Source of the DNA: Paraglomus brasilianum
Taxonomy: Eukaryota
NCBI GenBank assembly: GCA_910592345.1
Contig: CAJVPI010000145.1
Coordinates: 1-49,146 of the forward strand
Reading direction: 5' to 3'
Length of the DNA: 49,146 nucleotides
Shown: piece after piece, positions 1 through 11,220 of the stretch
How the letters are laid out: each line of letters begins with the position of its first letter
Numbering within the stretch: the stretch's first letter is position 1
Position numbers and translations under genes: made by a program
The notes under the pieces: generated by a model
What the model was told of the DNA's origin: nothing
Databases searched by the model: none
The model's input: the letters and a program-made list of their open reading frames with translations, nothing else

Positions 1-175
1 GTTATAATCGGAATTAATGTAAAATAATAGAATTAATATCAATTTTGTTTAACATTTACAAAGACAACGGAACGTATGTAATTGCAAGTGAATTTATTTT
101 GTTCGTGAGAAAGACGTGTGCAGCTAATGTGACCGATTAACGATTTGTGACCGCGATCCATCATATAGTCTGTGT

Positions 176-242
176 TTGCATGTTTCAGGCTCCATGTGAG
201 ATTGCATGTTTCAGGCTCCGTATAAGATTGCATGTTTCATGC
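176..242 (+). repeat. Three 26-bp-period direct repeats (core TTGCATGTTTCA)
   Basis: TTGCATGTTTCAGGCTCC starts at 176 and 202; TTGCATGTTTCATGC starts at 228. Confidence 0.9.
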
Positions 243-370
243 GGTTTTCCGCCATTCAAATACCGACAACCATAACATATTTAAAGACATTATCGCCCAA
301 GCTCTTTTAACCATTGCAATATTTTGCTCATTTGAAAATCCAAATCGTAAACACATAATCTCTCCCCTCA

Positions 371-2072
371 ATGCTAACACCGCCGCCGCCGCCGCCGCCG
401 CCAAAACCACCACCAAAAAAGGGTTCATACAAAAGGAGGTCCTCAGATTCGCAACCTACGAATCAGGCATCAACTTCAAACAAAAGGGTTTGCAAACCGT
501 ATTGGAACGATCGAGCAAGGGTCTTGTCGGAGAGATTGTGGTTACCCATCGAGACCGATCATGTTAGCTCGCGTACGAGCTCCTCGAATACTTCTCCCTC
601 CATGCTACGAAACTCGTGGTTCTCATCGATGATTCAACAACCGACGAACGTGAGCTATCCGAAGATATCCTTGCCATCAACACCGTCTTCATCTCAGAAT
701 GCAAGGAAGAAGAGCTGCACAACATCGAAGAGAAAGGAAAGAAAAAAAGAAAGGTCTCTACAGTGAGAAAAACAAAAAAAAAGAAAAACAGATAAAAGTG
801 TGAACAGGACACTGAACGTGAGATTGTATCCGAATCGTGCTCAGAAACAATTGCTGAAGCGATGGATGGGATTGACGAGATTGATCTATAACACAGTGGT
901 CGCCCACCTCAAACCACGTATTTAGGTGCAGGTGCAGATGCAACCGAATCCGCAAGGACAACTGAATTTACCATCGCAAATAATAAAAACACCCACCCAA
1001 CTTTACCTCAACTGTTCGAGCACCCAGTACCTTCGTTATTTCGTGTACGTCATGCTTAAGCTTAAAGGTGTTTATGAAGAGATCCCCAATAACATCATCG
1101 ACGAAACAGTGGATGAGGCAATCAAAAATTATAATCAGAAAGACAAAAAATCCACATTAAAATTCAAGTCAAAGAAGGATCTTGCGCATACCATTAGCAT
1201 CCGATCACGAAATTTTTCGAGAAGGGATTGGAATCACTTTTATGTGTCGTACCTACACAACCAATCAATGCGCACGCCAAGAAAGAAACCCTGCATTATC
1301 ACACAAAACAAGAGAGACCTACGGCCTTTACATTTCGAAACCCAACGAAAAAATAACAAATGGCCATTTAAAAAAATCAATTGTGATTGCAAGGTTACCT
1401 ATCATCGAAAAACAAACGATTGGACACTATCATGAAAGACCAAAACGGACCAGGGAAACTCATGAAAAGTTCGTAGCCATTGACCCTGGGGTGCGAACCC
1501 CGTTCGTCATGTACTCACCTACTGCAGAAATTGGAAAGAATGATGCACAGAGATTAGGGTTACACGCCGACAGGTTAAGTTCCCAGAGAGATATTCTAAA
1601 CAATTCCACATCGAAGCGAAAAAAAAGAAAGGCGAAGAGATTAGATGGCGCGATCGCGAGAATCTCTCGAAAGATCAAGAATCTACGTAATGAGCTTCAC
1701 AAGAAAACGGTGAATCACTTGGTCCAAAACTACGATGTCGTGATCATACCTGAATTTGATGTAAAGAACATGGTGAAACGAGATCGACGAAAAATCAATT
1801 CGAAAGTGGTTCGGAGCATGCTCACCTGGTCACATTATGCATTCCGGCAGCAGCTGAAACACAAGGCCGAGGAAACAGGCGCGATGGTAATCATCCAGGA
1901 TGAGGGGTACACCTCCAAGACCTGCAGCAATTGTGGAAACATACAAAACATCGGCGGAAGGAGAGTTTATAAATGCGGAAACTGTCATACGGTTATGGAC
2001 AGGGACGTAAACGGAGCCCGCGGGATCTTCCTACGGGCGTTGCTTGATGGAGCCATCCACATGTGGATGTAG
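371..2072 (+). pseudogene. Fanzor2 / IS607 TnpB RNA-guided endonuclease, disrupted in the N-terminal half, RuvC lobe intact
   Basis: N-terminal extension PYWN...LSERLWLP...NSWFS (371-766). HTH_OrfB-like RTLNVRLYPNRAQKQLLKRWMGLTRLIYN (806-890). Middle part 926-1435. After a frameshift near 1430 come RuvC-I VAIDPGVRT, IIPEF, QDEGYTSKTCSNC...CGNC and RuvC-III DRDVNGARGI. Stops at 764 and 923. Confidence 0.9.
415..803 (+). pseudogene. tnpA: IS607-type serine recombinase TnpA remnant
   Basis: Reads KKGFI-QKE...SGINFKQKGLQTVLERSSKGLVGEIVVTHRDRSC*LAYELLEY...KLVVL...ERELSEDILAINTVFI, then a 1-nt deletion near 694 gives (C)RMQGRRAAQHRRER. The catalytic YxRVS motif expected between GFI and QKE is absent, there is an in-frame TAG at 565-567, and no MerR-type HTH is recognisable. 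Confidence 0.85.
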
Positions 2073-2165
2073 GAATTGACGATCTAACGATTATTAATGA
2101 TATATTAAAATCCATCCATAAAGTAATATAACTACATACCTCAACAATTAGCAAATCGCAGGACA
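2010..2165 (+). ncRNA. Putative Fanzor omega-RNA (fRNA) scaffold overlapping the ORF 3' end
   Basis: Position matches where TnpB/Fanzor guide scaffolds are encoded. A hairpin spans 2016-2038 (GCCCGCGGGA-TCT-TCCTACGGGC) and a perfect 16-nt palindrome CATCCACATGTGGATG spans 2054-2069. Boundaries are guesses. Confidence 0.4.
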
Positions 2166-3991
2166 GCCACTTAACACGCGATGCAATAACAAACTTGATT
2201 TGAGACGGATAATTATACGATAACTAATACTTAATACTGTGCAGACAACAGTACCAAATATTACAAAGATAAGAAACAGGAAATCAATAGGACGGTAGGA
2301 CAAACCAAGAATTTTCTAGTCGTACGGCGAAATTATTAGACAAAATCGTTACCACATTGATGTCAACAAAGCACATTGTACAACAGGCAGAGAATGCAGT
2401 AATAAATTAGAAAGCATCGTACAATACCGGCATAAAAACCATTGTCAATAAATGGGACAAAGAATTATTACGACTCGAATCTGGTTTCTTTAGCACGGAA
2501 TAGTGGATACCAAAATATACCGACCAATTGCAAATAATAATAATTCCCAAAGCCAAGGTTTATGGACTACATCCCCCTACCAAAAACCTTTGGCAGTAGG
2601 CCACCAACGCTTTAATCGCAAATAATAAGAAAAGACCAGAACTGCACTTTTCTATACTTATCGAATATCTGAACGTGTCTACTGACATGCCATGTCTCAT
2701 GGACATGCCTCCTAATATCTACTGGACCTTGGACATTTCCTGGACACGTTGAATCGCCAGAATTCAACCGCTGTTTACATACATGTTAGATAATATAAAT
2801 ACAAATAACTATAAGATTAATCCGTATAACTAAGCAATAGGGTAATGAGTCATTGAGATATATTTTGGAGGCGAATTCAGCTTCATCGCGCAATTACAAC
2901 GTCGATTATTACCGCAGTATTAAATAATTAATGGTTAAAATAATTAACGAATAACAATTCCATCATTGTAGCGAGACATTATTTGAGATAAGCCCACCAC
3001 TCAATTAAAAATGCCCAGATCATTTTTGTTAAGATCTTTAGTCTACATCATTTTTGATTACATGGTGGCGTTTACAATTGGATGGCGTCATGTCCATTTT
3101 GTTATAGTATTATCGTTATAACTTCTGCGGGCAATCCAATTTTTATGTTGTAGAACAAAGATAATGTATCACTGCATTTGTTAGTGCATTGTTTGTAGCA
3201 GATCTCTTCTTTATTGTGATTGACGCTTATCATATTAACATTAATATCAACAAAGGGATTTGGACCAATCTCCGGTGGTTAGGTGATTCGGAAAATTCCT
3301 TGTCAAGATGACACTTGATACGACGTTAGTAATATACTTTGAGCGAATTGATGGCGAACGCAACATAACATCATAGCTACTATTACCAATAGTACAACCA
3401 AGAAATATTGCTAGTTTAAATCATTAATCGATAAAGTGTTTTAAAATTGAAAAGAATAAATTGAATTTTGCATCATCCAAACCAGATAATAAAAAAAAAA
3501 GAAAATTTCATTTTGATTATCATCTCTTTGTCCGAACGCCTTGGGCGTCTTCACTAACTAACATCCCATTAGTTCACGGTGTACCAAATAATAGTAGAGA
3601 AAAAAAAACAAAACTAATAATTAAGGGTCGCCGCCTCGGCAACATAGAATGTTTCAGATTTTTCATTTAGCTCTATCTTTTGTAAGTAATAGAGAGACTA
3701 ACGGAGTAGAAGAAAGGTAAATGTAGAATACATAAAACAGAGCGAAAGGAATTGAATAAAGACTAAGTCGAAAGACAACAGAAAACCATTCCACCACTAC
3801 CTTCACCACCGTCATCTTCAGCGTATTCATCTCTAATAGAATCATTTCTTACAAGCTTCTTGCCATTAATCCACTACTAGACTTCCAACTCTCCACAAAA
3901 ACTTCTTTGATTTACTGAGCCTTTATCTAAGTTATACTTTCGTACTACGAATTTTCTATCCACAAAACAAAAACGATGTTACAAATAAAGA

Positions 3992-6900
3992 TTATGTTGG
4001 ATTTTGAGAACTCATGTCCGGCGGTCCGCTGAGCACGTCATCTAGACTTCGATGAAGAGATAATTCAGATAGTACTGATTCATCAACGGGTATGATAGAC
4101 TTCCGGCGGAATAAACTGAACTGTGCCGGTCGGCCATCAAATGATTGCTATTACAATTGAACGAAAACAATGCAGACATTAATAGTTAGGACACGATAAC
4201 TGTGTATTACCCATACTCTAATGTTTATCGTCGCAGTCTCACCATTTCTCCGTGCTCATCGTCCTGCAAATCCTCATCTACTATATTTTCGTCAAATTCT
4301 TCTTCGCTCGACCGTGGGTCTTCCTCACGATTATAATCAATTTCTACGGATTCCGGAAAATTTTTTTATTTTTTATCCAAAAAAAAAAAACACCCCCCCA
4401 ATGTGATGATGCTATGACGGTGCTTACTTGATACGTCAGTCTTTGATGACGTAAGATGCGGTCCAATGCTGTATGGGAGCGGCAAGCCTTGAGAATTAGA
4501 GACTGCCGTCGTTTCCAACCTGTGCCACGATTCTTCTCGTTCTTTCAATTTTTGCTTCTCCCTTGAATGTGAGTGCTTGTGTTAGTATATCTAATTCACA
4601 TTCCAGACGTGAAGAGAAATAACAAACTTACATTTGGCGTGTCTGTTTATAATGTGCGGTACATTCATCAAATAACGCAGGATTTATTTCCATAAATAAC
4701 TTCAATGCGTTATATATGAGCCCATGAATCGTTCTATGGTAAATATCGCAATGTTATTGTAATTTTAACACACACGTAATAACAAGATGCACGATATCAG
4801 CGCAAGACTGTTTTTAGTTACCGATTCCAATGTGACTTTGAATTTTGATAGAGCGATGGGAACATTACTGGCAGAATTTCATTTATATTCTCTCCCATAA
4901 GATTCACAATATATTCGTTGTTCCAATAATACAGTGCTCGTTCAGCAACCTACAACAAGCAGAAGCAGGTAAGCTAAATTCCCAAGCAACATCAAATGAA
5001 ATTGTTTACCAAGCTACCTGAAAATGTGGGCTCGATACGCAGCGAGCAATCTGCTGGAATAATGGGACCTGAATTTTGACAAATTCTTGTGGTTCTATTA
5101 CATCTAATATTTCTTCAATTTCATTCAAAAACATGACTTCTTTCGGACTATTGACTTTCGGCCAATATCGCAATAACCCACAAATAACCTAAATTTAAAA
5201 ATCAACCAATTAATTAATAAACGTACATAACGGTTCTAATAATAATCCAACCTCCCCGACGTTATTTAGTAACACTTACTTCTTCCGTTAATGAAGGATC
5301 CTTTTCCAAGAATTGTACCACACAATACGCAAGTTGAGGATGATACAGTGAAAGAGATTTTACTTTGTGTAACGGTATCAGCACCTTTGTCAGGAAAGTT
5401 TTGTGTTCGTCCTTTAGCGGCAATGCGAAGCCATTGATGATACTTAGTAGTAAGGAAAAAATCAAAGTCTACTATATCAATTTCAGCTACAACAATGACA
5501 TCCGTCTCGTTACATCCCATACTAGACGAATCTGCAAGAACATTTACCTGCCGAGAATCTCGAGAAGTTCGGCGATACCATTGTGTCGTTCAGTCTCATA
5601 TATGAATTGGAAAAACACATTGTTGATTGATCGGCGTATGAGTGCGCGCAGGCCGAGGAATTTGCCATAAATTCTATGTAGAGTAGTCTTTAAGAAATCT
5701 CGTTCTCGAGGGTCTTCACTGTCAAATAGTTCCAGCAGCTATGTATAGTGAAAGAAAACGATAAGTATATTCAATTATATAACATCGCCAACAATCGAAT
5801 CCATAACTCACTTGCAATATGAACTGTGAATCAAGATATTTCTTTGCAACATTAGTATTAAAATCAGGCGATTCTATAAACCGTAGAAAGAATTCATAAA
5901 CGATCTGTAGGTGTGGCCACGCAAGCTCAAGAACTGGCTCGTCCTCTTCAGGATCGAATGCATCTCCTATTGGGTTAACTTGCGGAGGTATAGTCCTAAA
6001 AAGGTTTATAGCAAACTAGTAGGTTATATAAAATAAAAAGCATCTTAGTGAATAATCCAATGGTTAGCAGCAAATACAAGTGCAGGAGATTGATAGAAAT
6101 ATTCACAACAATGTCAATGAATAACGTAAGAAAAAAATGATGGTAGTTTTTCGTTATTACGAGATACATTCGACTCCGTTAACGTAATAAGAAAAACAAA
6201 ATAGTATTGGATACGTGTTTTCAATGGCATACTTACCATTTGAACTACTTCTGGATAAATCGGTTCTGTTATGACATTCCGATTTTTTGTTATGTAATCT
6301 AACATTTCCGTTAATGCTTGACGTTTAATCTCCTTTCCTCTCAGGTCAGCACTAGCATCATTAAAGTCAAAAATTACATAGCATTGCCGGATCTTTTCAA
6401 TGAAAAGCCCTTGTCTCCGATCAGCCGCAACCTCTAATGAATGACAAGTAGTAGGAAAGCTGAGTACTGCAACGAATGGCCCAAAATATATGCATAATCA
6501 TCTAGAATGACCAACCGTGGAAGCTAGGCAATGGCTCTAGTTCAACCTTCTCTGTAACGTAGAATCGTGATGATCTCTGTCGACGGGGAACTTTGCTAAT
6601 AGGTATGACGTCCTTTGGCGTTCCCTTTAACCGACTTATAGGTCCACTCTTGGGTGGTTCGTCTGTTTTGTGAGACTTGTGAGAGCCTGGAGAAGGTGGT
6701 GGGTTCTGGTCGGAGGTAACATGTCCTCTCTGCATATGATAACGATGTTTGAAAAAGTTCGTGTGTGTGCAAATGATATGAAAATTTACGTAAAATACTG
6801 ATGGCAAAGATGATATTCGAACCTGTTCTGCATTTACGACAACGATTGCTGGCGGCGTACCACTCGAGGAAGCTTCGTTTGAGTTGGAAGAGTTCTTTCC

Positions 6901-7080
6901 GGAGGACTTGGAAGAACTGCTAGTTTTTCCGTTGCTATTTGAATCTGTCTTCTTTATCTAGTAGACAGGCAGGATGAAAAGAAGTGTGAGCCTTGTGGAG
7001 AGCTCTAAGTGTGGCGGGATGAGATACTTAACGGTTGGAGAGGAGAATAGGTATGTTACCCTGCTTTTGATTTTCATCAT
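3992..7080 (-). CDS. RTS1: Protein phosphatase 2A regulatory subunit B' (B56/Rts1), multi-exon
   Basis: Spliced translation starts MMKIKSR|IKKTDS. It contains [81 protein letters not shown], and C-terminal FRRKSIIP...QNPT*. Introns are GT-AG. Confidence 0.96.
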
Positions 7081-10000
7081 TTTCAGGTTGGCAGTTTTAG
7101 AGGGACGATTAACTTAGCGTTCTGAGAAGAGAGAGTTTGCTATAATTCTAGGTGAGTTCGTTGCACAAGCGGGAAGTTGCTTACATTTCATTGTACTATG
7201 CATGTATATTTCCCCCCAATGATATGTGTGCGTCATTGCTATAATCATAATCCGACCAAACGGGTGGATCTGACCATTGGCTTTGCCTTGCCACATTTGT
7301 GACTGAAACAGTCGAAATTATCTGTGGGTGCTGCGCGCAATGCCATCCTTTGATCCATTTATAGCCTAAACGCTGATTCAATCTTTCTCTTCTTTTTCCA
7401 ACTAGTGTGTTTTAAATCTCATCTTAAAAGCGTCCATTCGATCTTGTTGTTCACGTTTGCATGACAAGTTCTTCCTGATTGAATGTCTGTGCAATCCGCG
7501 TGAGCATCAGCAAATCGGGGTGGGAAGTGGATGGCGCTGAGTATGATATCTTGTTGGATAGTGGGCGCCCGTGTATGTAAGGCCGAATGGGACAAGTACA
7601 GTAATGTTGCGTTAAGCAAGCAGCACAAACGATCGACGTTGTCCAAAGTGTAATACACAACGTGATAGTCTCCCTTTTCAGTTGTAAGAAGTATGTGCTC
7701 CGGAAGTAGGTTTGATAAGGTGGGACCTGCAGAAGAAGTAAAAGAATGTGCGATTACGAATTGATATTCAAATTTTGAATGCTTTTTGATGACTAGCCCA
7801 GGTCATAGACCGGTTTTTTGAATTCGATTGTCAGATGATCATTCATTTTAATAGATTATCACTCAGATAATGACCATGAAAGAAATGAGATCGAGTAATC
7901 GAGCCAAGGTCACAAACAATATTATTTGTCGGTAATCGAGCACTGAAAATTTGTGAACAAGTTTGATGTCGATTCTTCCCTTTTTCGTTTGCTCTGCAAG
8001 AAAGCATGCTAATGAAAATTAATTATACGTGACCGACTTTGAGTAAAAGCTTTCCATATTGTTTATATTCCGTTTATAGCATGCTAGCCACTTATATTCG
8101 ATATGGATCACGTCACCGTCTAAGTAAGAAATTAAAGTCAAGGGATTTGAAAGATGAATTAGGGGAAATGTGACATCATAAGAGTAATATAAAGGAGGAT
8201 TGAATCAATCAAGCTGGTAGGCAGCATTTTCGAAGAGTGAAGACCATATCAGCCGACTGGAAATGATTGGCGGAAAGGAGTTCCATTTCATACTGATAAT
8301 AAACGTCTCATCCGTTTGCCTTTTCCGTTTGCGTACGCTATATAGTGGCAGGGGAAAGGGGTATTGAGATGATTTTCCTTCAAGTGGGTGATCTTCCATC
8401 ATTGTAAATTGATAAAAATTGATAACGACCAAGATTATTATGACAAATGCGTATTTCGTATTCTGTACTATAGAAAATGAGTGAAAGATCTTGATGATCC
8501 ATAGAAATAAGCGTTTAATATTGAAGGTGACAAATTTCGAAATCTTTTAGCATATGATAGGACCGTTGCCATTCATTTTAACCCAAAATTACGAAATCTT
8601 AAAATGAACTTTCCGAAAAGATAAAAGTGTTGAAAGTCGTCATTTATGCAACCACTCTTGTTTGTCGATAGAGCCAGACTCTATTGTTTAATCTGTTCAC
8701 AAGCGTTATCACGTATTACGTGCCCACTAGAACCGCTTCTATCAAAAGAATGTAATTATTGATTGCCGATCGAAATGTGACCCCGTCTATAATTACTTAC
8801 AATACGATCTGCTAATTCTGCCTCGTCATAAGCGGATTATTCACAGCGAGGCCATCTTTTTGTTTCATTTAGTTTATGCCATTAATCAATTATATGTTTA
8901 AACCTCGTCTCATGACTTTGCATATGAAACCTTTATAAAAGTTGTGCGTAACGACACATTAAAAAGCTCTATTTAATGTTTGTGACTATAATTGATTGTG
9001 CTATTAGTTCGATTGTCCGTCTTATTCTTGACAAAGATGTAGCATTTTATTTCGCGCCTTGTTCAAAGTTAATCGCATCAATTACCAGAATTCCCTTTCT
9101 ACCTTTGTGAAGCGTCTACCGCTTAAACTTGTATTACAATATAAACTTTGACAGACGTACGTGTTTATTTTTGGAGCCTCAGTAATGCTCACCAACTAAT
9201 AGCAATATATCTGGCTTATACGAATCTGAAAACAGATTACGACACGTTTACTATCGAGGACATTGGTCTTCATGTTGTGGGTGAATATATAATGTACATA
9301 CTAATACAATGGTATGCTTTAAAATCCAAGAGAATTCAGTTTAGAGCGGTCTGAATAACAGTACTAACTTACGATATTATAAACCAATTTGATTTTAAAG
9401 CAGCTGTCATTAACATATCTGTTTCTTGACTGCTTTCCTAATCTGGGATTTGTTTTTTAATATTCTAGATCTTTTTTTCCTGATCTATATGTGGTACTAC
9501 GGCAATTTAATTCTCCTTCGCATTTTTCCAACACCACAAGTCGACAAATTTTTCTTTTCCATTAACATACGTAAAATTGCATGCTGAGATCCGCAAGCGT
9601 TAATGTTCCTGCTACTAACATTATCTAATTTGATGCAATAATAAACATTAAAATAGTCCTACAATATATATCAATCTCGCGTGGCAATAGGTTTATGCTG
9701 CGGACCAATACAATCTGTTGCGTCTTATCAGTTGTAAGGTAGGTAAACGGGGGCTTAAAGAATTTCTTAACATAGATGCTGTAGACGTTGTCGTAAATAT
9801 AAATGTCACCCTTTAAGTTCGAAACATTCTTACCTGTCTTGAATTATTGCAATGGATGGAAGCCAAGTTTATGAGAAGGTTAATGCAAGAGCATAATGTC
9901 ACAAGCTGAGTCCTCAATAGCTCTTCTATTACATTAAAAAAATCGGTATAACTTCCAAGTCCAGAAAAACAAATACGATCAGCGCGAGATAATCTCGATT

Positions 10001-10556
10001 AGGTAAACTATTGTGCAACGATCAATCATGTATTATATCCTATTAGGTCTTCAGAGGGAATAGCTCAAACCATTACTAAGCCGGCGAATGTATTAGATAA
10101 CAAATACTGCACGTTAAATGTTAATGATATTGGATTGAATGTCATTATTAAAAAAAACAGACCTGTTTTCGCACCAATCGATTATCTCAGGTGCGATAAT
10201 TCCCAAGTTGCTACAACAACATATCTTGAATAGAGCAATAGTGTATATGAACAACGACACAATATTTAAAGCCTAGCTCTAAAATGTTTGCGTAAAATTA
10301 AGCTGCTTTTTGTTCCAGTATACAAGCGGTGCTTACCTTATTGTGACATGACAGGAATCATGGGAATAAATAAATATCTTTAAGGTTAGTGCGATCGGTT
10401 ATATATGTATCTGAACGCGTAAAAGGGGTTTTTTGTGAAAAAAAAAAAAAAAATCTAGCAAGGAGTACAATAATGAGCAGACGCGCTGATGACTTCAATA
10501 ATAAAGTAGATTTGATATAGCGATAACAATTAAAGAGTAAAAAAATGTATGGTCTA

Positions 10557-11220
10557 GTGAGGAGTGTGAAGATTTGGATACATCCAAATCAAAACAAAAT
10601 ATAATTATAAAACAATATTTGGGCCATTCTAGATAAACAACATTTTTGAATGCCGGGTAAAAAAAATTTTGTTTATTTGTAATATAAGAAACATGGTTGT
10701 AGAAGAATACTGTGCTGGAAAAACTCACAGTCTTAGCTATTTTTGAAATTTATGACGTAAGCGCATTAACAATGGAATGTGGGACTTCATGTCAAAGTTC
10801 CTTACAATTAGTATAAGTAGGAGTTATCAGAGAAAACAAGGTCAAAGATTTCAACATAATCTTTCTTTTATACACAAAAAAACCTCAACAAACAATTACT
10901 ATTCAGAAACAAGATTGCAAAAATTATTTTTGTATTCTTCATACTTACAAACAAAATTTTTCATTTAACAACTCTCAATCACGTCTACCAGAAAATTTAA
11001 AACAAAAAATTTTATCCACAACGGAAAAATTAAAGGATTGTTCGCCTTTGCACAGTGAACATAAAAGACAAGCCGAAATAACTGGCTGGTCTAATAAAGA
11101 CGGTACTATAACATATGATTGTAAACTTAGATGGTGATTGTCAGCGCAATTACTAATTTCTTGCAAAAACAAGTAAAAATTAAAATTTGCTCTTTATATC
11201 CGAGCGCTTACCCGGTAACG
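10557..11220 (+). pseudogene. Second, heavily decayed Fanzor2/TnpB fragment
   Basis: Collinear frameshifted motifs match the 371-2072 protein: RSVKIWIHPNQ/QNIIIKQYLGHSR, VKVPYN, NLSFIHKK/PQQTITIQKQD, LYSSYLQ, KDCSPLHSEHKRQ...W...ITYDCKL, and KICSLYPSA (degenerate RuvC-I). Confidence 0.7.

Larger units (their letters stand above)
176..2165 (+). mobile_element. IS607-family-like transposon (TnpA serine recombinase + Fanzor2/TnpB), degenerate; ends approximate
   Basis: Recombinase motifs (SGINFKQKGL, IVVTHRDR, ELSEDILAI) are followed by an HTH-OrfB/RuvC/Zn-finger TnpB-like ORF in IS607 order, with no introns. Short direct repeats lie at the left; exact termini were not determined. Confidence 0.85.

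Noticed and set aside
176..242. Mini-CRISPR next to a Cas12-like nuclease
   Set aside because: The intervening segments are only 8 nt and resemble each other (ATGTGAGA, GTATAAGA), so this is a tandem repeat.
1182..1430. The first ~80 aa of the 296-aa ORF as the real Fanzor N-terminus
   Set aside because: The homologous sequence here is in the 926-1435 frame; the 296-aa ORF is only meaningful after the frameshift near 1430.
2200..2560. Possible decayed non-LTR retrotransposon C-terminus
   Set aside because: Only a vague resemblance (FF...WIP); no RT or endonuclease motif.
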